Positions 10,059 to 22,745 are shown, numbered from the stretch's first letter. The stretch: 64,000 nt of DNA from Lepidodermella squamata (GCA_047495785.1 JBLDXI010000024.1:868001-932000), one strand, 5' to 3'. The notes: a model not told the origin generated them from the letters alone. Translations and numbers: made by a program.

Positions 10059-11046
10059 TTAAACTTTGGGGGTTTCGGTCTTGTCGCGAACTTGCTTGTC
10101 GCTTGCATACATGTTTTCGACGTAAATATTCTTGTAAGCTGGGTTTGATGAATCCATCTCGTCGAACAAAAAGTTGCGATCTTTTTTCGCAGGTTTAACC
10201 AGCCAACAATTGCCGGTACCCTTATCCCGGATTTCATTCGATTTCACGTAACAGCAAGCGAAAATAGCGGCTGAAAGTGCACTGAAAGCAGCAGCGATCA
10301 AAACTATGAATGCACAATAGGTCCAACGTTGATAACGACCCTGTTAGACATGTAAAAATGATTGAATTAGGTGTACTTGAAAAAGTTATGAGGCGGCTAA
10401 CCGTATAAGGCCTCGCGTGTTCGAGCTTAGTTGATTCAGCGACGAATTTTCCAGTCATTGCTTCAACGTTGTGGTCCTTTTCCTCCAAGTTTTCCTTATT
10501 GATGGCCAAGCTGTTTGCCCATAACAAGCCTTGGCTAGTGATGTTTTCTGACAGCTCAATGTTCCGGTCGGCAATGATACGGCGCGTGAACATGAGTTTC
10601 ACAGCTGCTGACCATCTCGGAGCTCCAATGAAGTCCTGATCGAGGTAGCTATCGCTATTGTACATCAAACAGCCAAACTGCTTTCGCATGGTTCTCAGAT
10701 CTGACTCTGAGGTGCTTGTTTTGACGACTTCGTATTCATGGTGGCGGACACACCAAATCCCACCCGAACTAACCTCGCAACTACTCCAGGCAACTAGTCC
10801 AGGGTTGGCAGATGACGGAGGGGATGCTTCGCGTTTCTGTCTCTCGGCAGCTAGACTTTGTCCGAAATGGGTCTCGACCCAAGCGACACGGCGCATATAG
10901 CCGTAGTCATCCCCTAGCAGCCCTGAGTCTTTTAGGGCAGATAATGACTCTTCAACAATGTCTTCACCTGTGAGAGATTCGTCTGATGCAAAAATTAATC
11001 TGCTAAAACTTAGCAGAACAATTACAATTGAAGTATTAGAGCGCAT
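10059..11046 (-). CDS. Type I membrane protein (about 308 aa): signal peptide, putative lysozyme-like ectodomain, TM helix, NPxY tail
   Basis: Exons 11046-10402 and 10340-10059 with a 61-nt phase-0 GT-AG intron. Hydrophobic N-terminus, motifs DDYGYMRRVAWVETHFG and GGIW, TM AFIVLIAAAFSALSAAIFACC, tail NPAY. Confidence 0.75.
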
Positions 11047-12074
11047 TTCACTGAAATGAATTAATGTGCTGTGAGTTAGCAAAACGAACACGGAATACCT
11101 ATATGATGAAAGTGCAATGCGTATTATGTTTAAAATTTAAATGAGGATCTCCCAGTCATCATCTATGAGTGCCAATTCTCAGTATGAATGAAATATGAAT
11201 CACTTGACTTTAAATGTGAGAAATTAATCATTTTCGAGGAGTTTGAGGTTGTAAGTCGTTCAGAGAGATTCAGGATTCACGTTTATAGCATTCGTCACAG
11301 CTTAATCCAATAAAGCCATTATCATTTAGACTCCTCGTCTTCTGTAAAGCCTGCTGCTTGGCTAGTTCTGGGCATGTTTTTCTCATTTAATCACATTTTG
11401 CTCATTTATTTAAAAAAAATCAAAGCATTAATTCCTGCAGTTTATATAGGACTATGTTTATTTTTAAAGACATTCGCGCTATTTTCAGTTACTAGTGTAT
11501 CATGGCGAGTTTGCGCACCTTGTTGCAAGTATCGCCGAAGCGCGAAAATTGTGCTGCTGATTGTTCGCGTCTATTCATCAATCAAGCGCAAGATGAAAGG
11601 AGAAGTTGTACATTGTGCGTGACCACCGCTGCGCAAAATCAGACGCCCTAGTATACGTTCGATGTATGGATGGATTTACGATACATACAGCATACAAGTT
11701 TTGCTGTTGAACAGGTATATAACAAGCTCGATATAAAAAAAAATAGCAAATGTCCTGCCGAGAACTGCGAGCGCAAATAGATCATTTTCGCTTCGCCTGA
11801 AAAATTCTTATTGTTCTCGCACGCGCACCTTGTGATACCGGCGTTATATTACTTACTGATTTGTGATTATGGAAGCGTGATAAAAATTGCGCCAAATAAT
11901 GCAAAGGAGGAAATCGAGATACACTCAACATTGCGATATTCAAGGCACTAAACCTGTTGCTAATTCGGAAATGTCTTTTCGCCTCGTGAAATTTTGAGAC
12001 CTAACTAGGTTGATAAGCAGAACTTGATATGTACTCGAATAATTTTAAGGAGGATTTTTGTTTTAGGATTTAAA

Positions 12075-13573
12075 ATGGACTCATTACTCTCATTTGCGGT
12101 TTTAATGATGTTTGCACCCTCGGCGGCAACTGCGTCATCGAAGAATTTTACCATCTACCCGCTGAGCCCGGATCAAAGCGTAGCGAGCAATCGGCCAGTT
12201 CAGTCGAGCGTCCCTAAGACACTTCAATATCCGCGGATGCAAACTTACAGCTGCCGAGCTGCGCGTGGTGGCAGCATTTCTGTCATTGATCTCGATCCGC
12301 AGGGCAAAGGCAGTTTGCCCTTCCCTGATGACAAACAGGGTGACTACATCCTTTTCCAACACGGCTACAGCCAAGGTCCTTTATTGTCGAGGTTCGTCAC
12401 TTCCTAACACTTTTTCCAGTCAATTAAGGACGTTTTCATTATAGCGATGAGTTAGATTTAACGAACGACATCGTTGTTATTATCCACGGCTTGGAGGAGA
12501 ATATCGAAAGCCTGTACCGTCCACTTATTCAAGAAATTTACGAATCAAAGGTGAGTGAAATAATTGGTCTTATTCTCCCCAATGTCAACCTGTCAATATC
12601 AGCCAAGAGCTGACGTAGTATTCGTCGATTGGACTGAAGCCGCTGGAATTTCCTCGAATGACTCAACCCCGATGACTTACGAGCGAGTTGTCTCCAACAC
12701 GCGCGTTGTCGGCGGCTGTTTAGCGCGTTGGCTCGAAGCCAATCGCCATTTCGATGCTTCAAAGGCGTACTGTATCGGCTTAGGACTGGGCGCCCATACC
12801 TGCGGATTTGCTGGCAAAACATTTACCAGATCTAGATGGGGTAGAATAACAGGTATAATTTAGATGTTTAATCGCTGATTTTCCTCAAATCCTATTTGCC
12901 AGCTCTCGATCCTTTTGAGCGAGAATTTAATCTCGGAGACTACAGCAGGGTGTCTAGAAATGACACGGCTTTTCTAGACGTAATTCATACCTCGTGTTTA
13001 ACTTACACTTTCGGCATCGGTCATGTCGATTATTTTGTCAATAACTTAAAAGAGCCGCAACCCGGATGCCGCGATCCCGAGATCTGCAACTCAAACTCCC
13101 CGTCCGCGGCACTTCGAAAGGCCAGCTCGTCTTGCAGCCACACTCGGTCGCTGAAAATTTTCATATCGAGCGTCAACGAGCGGTGCTGTTTGAACTTCTG
13201 CAGTTGGCATTCGTCGGTTTACTGCCGCCAGCTCGGTTTCTGGGCTTACAATTACCCGTACGACAAAGTCGGCAATTTTTACGGAAATTTAACTGCTAAG
13301 CTCGAGCCGTTTTGCATATTCCGAGCTCCGGCGCCTTGCTACGCTTATGTTGGCCGTGATGGTTCGCTGTTAACCAGTAGTAGTAAGCAACCACCCATTC
13401 GGACTACAGCTACAAGAAAGGGTCCTACGAAGTGGTATGAGAGTAAAACTACAACAGCGGCAGCAGATCAACTTGAAACAGCGGGCCAGCTAGTGAATGC
13501 GGCGAACTATCCAGAAGGCAATATTCTCGGCGCAATTTCGTTATTAATTATTATTTGCTCCTTGTACCATTGA
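12075..13573 (+). CDS. Pancreatic-lipase-family protein (447 aa), probably catalytically inactive, with a hydrophobic C-terminus (possible GPI anchor)
   Basis: Exons 12075-12391, 12445-12550, 12603-12852, 12903-13573 with consistent phases. Motifs IIHG, VVFVDW, IGLGLGAH, GRITALDP, LDVIHT, GHVDYFVN, CSH. Confidence 0.88.
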
Positions 13574-13738
13574 AAAATGTAGATAATTACGTTGAATATT
13601 TTTATTTATATACTCCCTAGCATGTTGGTAATGATTTTCGTGGAATTCCTCACGCAGTTTTAATCCTGGGACACAAAAGCCACAAAAATTATTTTTAATA
13701 AAAAAAACGAGATTTAAAATGAGTTTGTTTCGGGGTTT

Positions 13739-14108
13739 TTAGTCGCCGATCTTTCCACTCTCCGAATATTTCCAAGTAACGGAGCTTCTTCTAGCAGCTA
13801 TCGCGTCTTTTTCCGCTTTTGTCAGTTTTCGCTCGTAGGACCCTTTTCGGACGATGTTGCCTTCAGACGTCTCTTCTCCCTAGGAAACGACATGAAATAT
13901 TAACTGAACATTAGTTGAAATTAAATACCGTCTTCGCGGAGGTAAGCAAATTTTCAATGGGCGCTTTCGGATAAATTGTACTGTTGCGACGGCTAGATGC
14001 CTCTGCTTTCTGGCGATGTTCCTGCTCTTCCCGGGTAACAACTCGAACGCTAGCTCGCCGAGCCATATTAGGAGCGCCATTAGCATCACTGCCAACTTCA
14101 CTAGTCAT
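13739..14108 (-). CDS. Small hydrophilic hypothetical protein (about 106 aa)
   Basis: Exons 14108-13929 and 13879-13739 joined by a 49-nt GT-AG intron give an open frame with RRxS motifs. Confidence 0.6.
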
Positions 14109-14371
14109 CTTTTAGCATTGAAAATTTGGAAAGTAAAAAGTATTTGGAATTTATTTCTGCCGACGCCTTCCTTACTAGATTAGCCTTTTATGTGTTGAGA
14201 AAGTCATCGATCCAGACTGAATTTAACAAATTCGCATTTTTATTTCCGTTAATTTCCGCTCAGCAGGCTCATTTTTTGGGTCGGCTAAAAGGTCATTTAT
14301 ATGATTTTTGTAATTTTGACATCTTGATATAGTGAAAGTTAAAAATAGGGCGTTTTCGTACAATTATTTGG

Positions 14372-14936
14372 CTAGTCCCGATCTTTGTTGTAGCCAATAA
14401 AGGATGATTCATGCTCGATTCGACGGACATTCATCTCCAGCTTCTCGGCCAGTTTACGTTGTTTCGCTAGAAGCCTCTCGCGTCTCTTTTCCAGCAGAGA
14501 CTCGGCGATCAACCTCCTTTCTTCGGCTATTGCAGCGTCTTCTTTCGCCTTCATCTCGAATATCGACATTCGCCATCGATTGGCCGCAAAGTGAACCTCA
14601 CGCCTGCAAGCTGCCGCGCTTTCACGAACTGCAACCAAGTACTGCTCAGCTTCTTTAGGCGTAGATAAAACTGGTGGCTGGAAAAATAAAATTAGCTAAA
14701 TGATAATTTTATTGAAAAATTCCAACTATTTTGGGCAAATATCCGCTTGATCTCGCTAATGATTGCTCCAATCTTCGACTCAACCTGATTTCTGCTGAAA
14801 TGTCGCGAATTTTGTCCTTTCTGAATATAGTTAACGATTGCAAGTCGGTCTCTAGTCGAATCATCTGGCGCTTGTGGTCGTTATTGATGTTAAGGAACTC
14901 GGCGTTCAAATCGACCAGTTCCTTGCGATTTTTCAT
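14372..14936 (-). CDS. Coiled-coil hypothetical protein (about 171 aa)
   Basis: Exons 14936-14727 and 14677-14372 joined by a 49-nt phase-0 intron. E/K/R-rich helical composition. Confidence 0.65.
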
Positions 14937-15084
14937 CTTGACTATGTACTAAACAAATTTTGCGTTAACAGACAGTCGAAAATGGGGTAACTAATGGAGA
15001 CTAATGTTCAGGAAAAAAATCAATATTTTTATTGCATTTGAATTTTTCGACATTATGCAAGCATGAAAGAACGCAGTCAGTTTT

Positions 15085-15273
15085 TTAATGCCAGGGTACG
15101 TCAATCCAACCAACAGACTTCATCATGAGTTCGCCATCTTCAAAATCAGGGAAGGCTGATTGCTGATGGGCGGATGTGATGAGTATTTGATCATCATCCG
15201 ATGTTTCTGAACCAATGTAACGGCTATCAATTGACCAGATCAGCAGACTTAAACCGATTAAAACACCCCACAT
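15085..15273 (-). CDS. Small secreted peptide (62 aa)
   Basis: Signal-like N-terminus MWGVLIGLSLLIWSIDS, acidic body, AATAAA downstream (15033-15028), and a C-terminal motif resembling the neighbouring peptide. Confidence 0.5.
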   Translation of the reverse strand: MWGVLIGLSLLIWSIDSRYIGSETSDDDQILITSAHQQSAFPDFEDGELMMKSVGWIDVPWH

Positions 15274-15441
15274 TTTTCATAATTCCATTATTTTTATTGA
15301 AATAAAACTATAAAAAAAAAGAAGAAGAACCAATTTCGATCAAATTATTAATATTCATCTATGATAAAAATCAATTGTTGCATTATAAATTTCGATAAGG
15401 CAGATAAATAATATGCATTTTTTAGGGAAATACTGAGGTGA

Positions 15442-15827
15442 CTAGATTTCTTCCCGACGCCACCAGTTTCCGCCGATCACGACCATCTCAGCGTCGAAAA
15501 TATCATGTTGGATTCTTGAGGGAGAGCTATTCGCTGCGGAGTTCCCTTGACCAGCTGCAGGTGGGTTCACAGCACCGGCCTGAGTATGAACCGTAGGTTC
15601 CTCCACGGGCTCAGGAACTTTTTCGTTATTTGATCTATCTCGAAGGCCACCTTAAAAATTATTATTAGAATAAAATAGGGAGAATAAGATATTTTTAATC
15701 AGCTCTAACCGAAGTTGAAGTTGTTAAGCGAGTTTCCGAAAAAGGACCGCCCTTCAGCGGGGCCGACTAGTGTCATTACGACTAATGCCGCAACGCAGAA
15801 AATTTGAATGCAGCTTGACTTTTGCAT
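15442..15827 (-). CDS. Small secreted protein (108 aa), not in the ORF track
   Basis: Exons 15827-15710 and 15650-15442 with a 59-nt phase-1 intron give MQKSSCIQIFCVAALVVMTLVGPAEG/RSFFGNSLNNFNFGGLRDRS...HDIFDAEMVVIGGNWWRREEI. Confidence 0.72.
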
Positions 15828-16269
15828 GTTTGAAGGGGATGAGGCTGGTTTCGTTTAAACACATATAAGCCTTGTATTGCAGCTGTATAAAATCCTGTGA
15901 GCTCAACAGCGAGACTAAATGCCCAGCTAATATCGCAAAATTCAATACAAGACAGATGTTTCAACGAGAAGCGAGAGAAAAAATGGCTGTAGTTCAAATA
16001 TTATGATGACTTATATAGCAGGCTTGTTTTTGTTGGTATCGGATTCGTAGCCAAAAGTTCTGACGTCAACACGCGCCTTATCGCTACCGCCTTAATAGCC
16101 CACGCTTGCCTTGATTTCGCTATGCACTAAACTAGCTAGCGAGACACTACTAGATATGACGGTGTTTTTCAACTTTCAGCCGACTTTCTTGCTATAGGAC
16201 ACCAGTGCAAATAAACATCTTCGTTCGAACTCTTATCAAATTTTTACTTTCAGATAAAATGAACGGTGT

Positions 16270-16807
16270 TCATTGAGTACCTTTCAGGTTACAAAGCGAG
16301 CATCTATTGCAAAGGTGCTTTTGTTTACGTTTCGTGTTTTCTATGATGAAGCTGATATGAATTATTTTCGAGTTTGTTCGAACGGCGTTTCGGACATCAG
16401 TTAGAAAGCTCGGCAGGCCTTCATTTTCGTCGTCGATTGCTGGCTGAAAAAACATGAAAATTAAGATATAATTCCAATTAAATTATAAAATTATCTACTA
16501 AATGGCCCGTCGATCTTTGAAGTAGCCGCTTTTGATAGGAAAGATGTTCAGCATGCCTCGCGTGCTCGGTATACACAAAAGCCCGTTGCCGCTGAATCAT
16601 AGACAGGTCGTCGTGTAGCTTCGCCCGAATGCCGTTTATGCTGACTCTATTGATTGTTACACCAGCGCCCAATGAGTCGTGACTGAGGGCCGAAGCTGCC
16701 TCAATGTTGGGCCCGTTATTATTGGCTTCGAACAACCGTTTTTCAGGCGGAGCGTCCTTGTTGTTAACAGGAGGTCGAGTTGATGGTTTTTCGTAAGCCG
16801 CCATCAT
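16270..16807 (-). CDS. Hypothetical protein (about 160 aa)
   Basis: Exons 16807-16499 and 16443-16270 with a 55-nt phase-0 GT-AG intron. The 3' end is uncertain. Confidence 0.55.
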
Positions 16808-19800
16808 TTTTCAGCATTCAGCTTTCAGTTGAAAAAAATGGCGTTGGTTTAGTTCTGTTTTTTTTTACTTGCGTCTTGAAATAGCGGAAATAGGCGGAAT
16901 AGTTTTTCTGCGAGAAAAAAATAGTTGACCTTATGACGGATATGCGATTATTGATTAGGTGTCAACCCCAGACGTCAATCATTTGAAGTCAGCTGATTCC
17001 ACGCCCATTCAACGACAAGCTCGATTTTTTGTATCATGTAACTCATTAAAACTCTTCGATATTTCTAAAATACTGGGGCAGATGAAACACAAGAATATTT
17101 GGCCGTCGTAATGAATTTTCCGATTTGCGAGAAGTAACATAATCCATATTCTTGTACATTAGTGGTTTCCGCTATCGCTATGTCCCACCGGACATCGGCA
17201 TTTCGAATGATAAACATAAATATGCCGAGAAAGATGCAGCAACAACAAAGACTCAAAATTTAGGCGGTTGGCGCTGTTTGTTTCCGGGGTCATCCTCAGA
17301 AATAAAAATAATGACGACGCAAAATGCAGCTAGTTAAAATAGCTGAGTAATGACAGATAGACTATTAGTCCTATCCGTGGTCCGTTAATTTCTCTCTAGT
17401 TACATCGATCCAGCTAATCAAGTGAAAGACAAGTTATATACACGTGATGCTAGGAATGCCAAGGTTTTCATTTCCAAAATTAAGGTCATATAGCAATTTG
17501 CACCTAGCTTTTAAAAATAGTTTTTCCTTATGAACCATTTTTTCTCTCGGCTATTTTTGATGCGCGAATCAATTTCGACTCAATTTTAATCGACAAAATT
17601 TCTGCGATAAGCCTATAAGAAACTCCGGAAAAATGGTTATTTTATAATATTCGAATTGCCGTTTATTACATCAACAAGGTTTTTATACGTTAAAATTGAT
17701 TAAAAGTCACGTCTCTTTCGACTTGAAACAGAGCACCAGGGCGTGTGATCTGGTCCCAAATAGTGACTGATCGATTCTTTATCGGAATATGGCTATATGG
17801 CAGCGCAATTATTGTATCGAGTTTCGCCGCATGGCCAACTGCCAGTCAATTTTGTGCGCGCAGTCTATTACATTCGCCCGCATTATTTTTTTTATTAAGA
17901 TCGCAACTGCTGTTTTGAAAAATGTCTCACGCTCAATGTAGAGAGCGCGCTTGCGGAAGGGCTCGCGCATATACGCCAAGTTATCGCGCGTGTCGTTTTT
18001 TCGGATTAGTTGAGAGGTTTTTTATCGGCGACGTACGTGCCGCTTAAACCGCCAATAAGCGCGATTAAAAAAATATCATGGCAAATCTTCCTTCAATATT
18101 TATGCAACCGCATGTGCGTACTACGGCAGTTGGTCTCCGTTGGGCTTTACGATACAATGGCAGCTATTGTTCCGATCCAATGTTAAACGGCGATATAACC
18201 ATTCTCTTCCTATTTTTTTCGTTACAAAACTTATAATTTTATTATCGTTATTTTTTAATGCCGCTAGGTTGAAAAAACTCCCTACGGCATATGCCCGGTT
18301 AATTTTTAACGACATAACAAGGGCTTTCGAACAAAGCGACCCCGAATGTTGGTCTTCGTTCTAGTTCTCTACGTAATTGTCCTAATAAATGTCTGGCCAA
18401 GTCTATTTTTCAGATATAATTCATTCTTTTTTTCTGGACAGTTTTTTACCGGTACAGAAATTCGCTTCTACTCGGTTGATGAAATCCTTAATTTAAGGTG
18501 GCTAAATATAGCTCCGATTGATGTCACTTGAAGCTAAGAAACATATTAAAAGAACTGCCTAAGTTTATGAGACATTAATCGACTTCGACCGCTCTCGATG
18601 TGCTCTGATAACGAACTCAGGCATGCATGACATGTTTCTCGGTCATTTCCTTGCAGAAATGCACTTGTTTGACTCCACTTTTCGCTACTATAAAGAAAAT
18701 ACGCATCAATGACTAATATCGGACTCGATATGATTCCTTTATATTATATATGTAAGTATGACATTTCCGCTAAAGCCCTACGCGCAAATAACCCTCGAAT
18801 TAACGGCGGATTATTAATGTTAAATTCCGATGCGCTCAACGTGTTCCTTACCGCACGTGTCTCATATTAATAGTTCATCGCTGGATTTATTCGAATTAAT
18901 ACAGAGCTGATAAATTGCGACTAAATTTTAGTTTAAAATTACATTTTTTCGGGGGAGTCTTAAAATTTCTATAAAAATGTCATATAGGATTTGCGCGTTA
19001 TGTAAAAATCGTACAAAAATACCGCCGTGCTTGAAATTACCCCAAAATTTGCATTACAAAACGATTGCTAAGCGCAAATAAATTGTTTTCTTAAGAATCT
19101 CGCATGTAAATGCTCGTGACGATAGATGCGGTTAAAATATTGATTTCTACCTTCTATTTGGAGATTTTCAGGATGAAAAATTGGCGAAATATTACGGCAT
19201 CTATAAACGGGAACGCTTCATAACAGGAGATGTCTATCGAAATTGTAAATATACCGGCCTAAGATTATTTACCTTTCTCTCTCTTTACTTTAATACTATA
19301 TATATTAGCTGTTTTGTTATAAATTTTTTGCCGAGCTCCCGTCGTAAATCTTGCTACCATTGTGCTGAATGGTACTGTTGCGGTTAACGCTCTGATTGAT
19401 TTTTTTTCCGCTGCGCCTGGTGTTTATTAAACCACCGGACTTATACAGTTAAGAAATAAGTGGCTGTTTCCTAACGTTTGGGTCTTGTCCGTCAATTTCA
19501 TGGTGGAAGGCTTCGAAAGTTTATACGCTTGCTATAAATTAGTGGGCAGTGTTTATCTGCCTTTATCGTATACACAGAATATAGGGGCTTTATCTTTGGT
19601 AAGAAATATATGAGTTGGAACTGAGTAAGTCCAATATAGCAATAATTTAAAAAAAATTGTCGAATGAGTTATGCTGATACTTCGATTATGCGCATAGTAT
19701 TCGCCCTTAAATATGAATTATTATTCGAGGGTTTCTTATTAGCCTTGAAAGGAATTCTCCCTGGACCCCCGTTAAAAATAAGCACGAATTTTAGTTTCAT

Positions 19801-20105
19801 CTAGCTTATCAATCACGAACTGCGAACTAATTTGCTGAAAAGGTATTTTCACGGCGAACCCAGGGAAATTTGAGTCTCGCTTTCAGTGCTTATCAAAAAT
19901 AAAAGCAATGCCCATATAATTAATCGCGTTGGCTCGAACTTCATATTCTTGACATTCTGACCTTCCCATAGCCACTTCATTAGTCAATATGGTCATGATG
20001 TACTCTCGGTCTAGGATGAAGTTAATAACCGTGAAAGCAACTCGTTGAAATTCCGTGTTCCCACTATTATATAGGGTATTTTTTCATTCGATTGATAGCA
20101 AGGCT

Positions 20106-21850
20106 ATGTATAAAGTAAATACATCGTCTATGGCTACGTATGTTAACGAAGGCCTACTTCAAGAGCACAGCTCGCCCTTGGAATCGTCTATCGCGGGCAG
20201 TGCCGATGCTTTTGGCTTCACGTTCGGCCTAACCACGTCGATATCGTCACAATTTCCAGATACCGGCGGCGGATTTTCATCGGACCAAATCGAACAATGC
20301 CCGCCACCGAGGCGGTCAGGCCACTCTTTTGATGCTGTCGCTTATGGATTCCTATACCCAGTTCTTGCCCTCGTTGTCATGTTCACCAACTGCAATGGCG
20401 TAGCAATACTCCTTAAAATGGCCAATTTCACTCAAACGAAGTGAGTAGTTTAAAAATTCCTCCTTAAAATAATAACCAATTTCGCTATTAATTTTGAAGC
20501 ATTCTTTTGCTGAGCATTTTTTTGGTCGACATGCTGACAACTATATTTCCTCTTCCAAAATTCATGTACGCCTTTAGTATAAATCTAAACGAGCCATTGC
20601 TGTCGGTGTACCCGTGGTGTTTCCTGTTGAACTTCCTCTCGCCAATCATGCCGACAATCACGAATAACATCAGCATATGGCTTGTCGCTCTTCTTTCAAT
20701 ACAACGCTGCATGTGCGTGCGAAATCGCGACCTCTACGAGCGCTACTTCAGCCAGACGCGAATCGTCGTGTCGATCATAGCAATTACTATCCTAACCTTT
20801 GCTTTCCACTCTGTCCTGCTAGTTAACAATATCAGATTCCCAACGCCGTGTATAATCAATGAAACTTTATTCGAGGTTCAAGTCGAATCGTCCGAGCGCG
20901 TTGTTACAATCTGTAACGAAGACCCTGCTGTTTTTCTGATACCTGAAGATAGCATCGCCGAACGCGTCGTAATGCCGACGTATTGGTTGGCGAGAATTAT
21001 ACTATTCCATGTCTTACCTATCATCGCAATCGCTACGTCGACAGCTTTATTAATTTTCGTGCTATGGCAAGCTCAGACAAGGATTGAACGGCTTAGTAAA
21101 CATTCGGAGACAACCAGGGCATCAGCCGAGTCATCTACAGCGCCCATTCATCCAATGCCGCTATCAGCACAAATGTCGAACGTAGAGTTGATCAAAGACC
21201 AATTAGCTAGAATTGAAGAAAGCGAGTATCGAAACGCGACCGTTCACTTATCGGAGAGGAGGAGGCGGTCGATGGCGGCGCACTTACGCCGGGCTAGCAA
21301 GGCCGTGACCTCGACACTTAAAGAGAGGAAGATTTTATTACCAACCACGCCGCAAAAAGTGCTAGCGCCACCGCCGGCTAATCAGGTCAACAAAGTCGTG
21401 GAGAAAAAACGCCGCGTCAGCACGACAACGCACATGCTAGTCATTATATCGACGATTTACCTCATACAGCACATTTTCCAAACCTCGCTGTTTCTAACCG
21501 GACTCGCGCTGAGTTTAACCGATTCGCATACCGAATTTTCGTTCATGGCTGTTCATGTCAGTTCAACGATTGGCAATCTAGCCTATGTCGCTGGGTTCCC
21601 AGCCGCGTTTTTGCTCTGTGTATCCGTGCAGGAGCCGTTTCGGGAGATGTTCTATTCGATATATGAAGACAACTCCCTGGCTAACTGGCTGCAGAAGCGA
21701 AAACAGCCGTCGACAACGCATCAAATGCCTGGTCCTACCCCGCCGTCGACGTCGTCGCCTACGTCGCCAGCTCATGGAGCGAATCAGCAAGATTTCGTTC
21801 TTGCTAACCCTCCAGCAGAATCAGCCACGATAAGTTCTGTGGCGGTGTGA
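20106..21850 (+). CDS. Rhodopsin-like GPCR of the FMRFamide/myosuppressin/sex-peptide-receptor-like group (about 561 aa)
   Basis: Exons 20106-20440 and 20500-21850. Seven hydrophobic segments, TM3 SIWLVALLSIQRC, TM5 ILFHVLP, TM6 TTHMLVII, long third intracellular loop. Confidence 0.88.
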
Positions 21851-22278
21851 TTTTGATGGCAAATCAGACTCTGTTTCATATGATGTATTTTTTACCTTTT
21901 TGTATAAGTTGAATCAATAAAGAATATGGAAGCTTTGCAGTTGAAATGCGTCTTACTTTTTATTTTTAACAAAAATCGATGAGTTTTTTGAATATTTATC
22001 ATTCTGATGGTCAACATTCGTAGCTTACTCCATAGCAAAAAAATTGTTATGTTGGGGCGGATTCGATGAATTCATGAATATTTTAGCAAATTTTGCGCGT
22101 TATAAATTGATTGCTCTATTGCCTGGATATTCGGCGTTATTATTGGCTGATTTGCACCGAACGTGATATAAAATTCACCCGTTCAAGGCAACGAGCTTCA
22201 TTCGTGTAAAACAACTCGTTTCTGCCTCAGTTGATTTTTACCTCAGTGTTTTTTTTATCTTAATTCTAAACGTCGAAA

Positions 22279-22745
22279 ATGTGGGAAGTTTCAAGCGCTC
22301 AGGTTACTCTTAAAGGCTTCTACGACAGAGCCGATGTGATGACAAGTAACGAAAAGCAGGCTTGTCAATACATTGTGGTTCATGCTGATGAGTTGTAAGC
22401 ATATTGAAATATTTCCCCCATATATTTAGAATTTTTCCATTTTTTCATGAATTGTTTAGCTTCGATTTGATCGATGAAACGCGTAACCGCAACGGTTTTT
22501 TGGAAGCCGATGAGCTGAACATTTTGATGCTCGCCAATCAGGAGATTCTTGACTTTTTCAAGACGCCACTTGCCAGTGTAATGGCGCCGGTAATCCAGCA
22601 AATGCAGCAGCATGCCATGATGCATGGGCCGTTGAACAAAGAGCAGTTTCGCATGATCCTGCAGCAAATTGTGATGGAAAAAGCTCCGCAATGGGGCGTC
22701 ACCGTTCCGCCTCAAGGCGTCTGGCACATATCGTTCAACATGTAA
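22279..22745 (+). CDS. Small EF-hand-like protein (133 aa)
   Basis: Exons 22279-22394 and 22460-22745. FDLIDETRNRNGFLEADEL resembles an EF-hand loop; TATA-like TATAAAA at about 22167. Confidence 0.65.

Noticed and set aside
11047-12066. Acceptor-like AGs just before the ATGs of the lysozyme-like and lipase genes as trans-splice sites
   Set aside because: Each has a plausible GT donor about 50-60 nt upstream, so ordinary 5' UTR introns explain them.
17065-17337. Short Cys-rich or hydrophobic ORFs
   Set aside because: No ATG start or convincing splice partner found.
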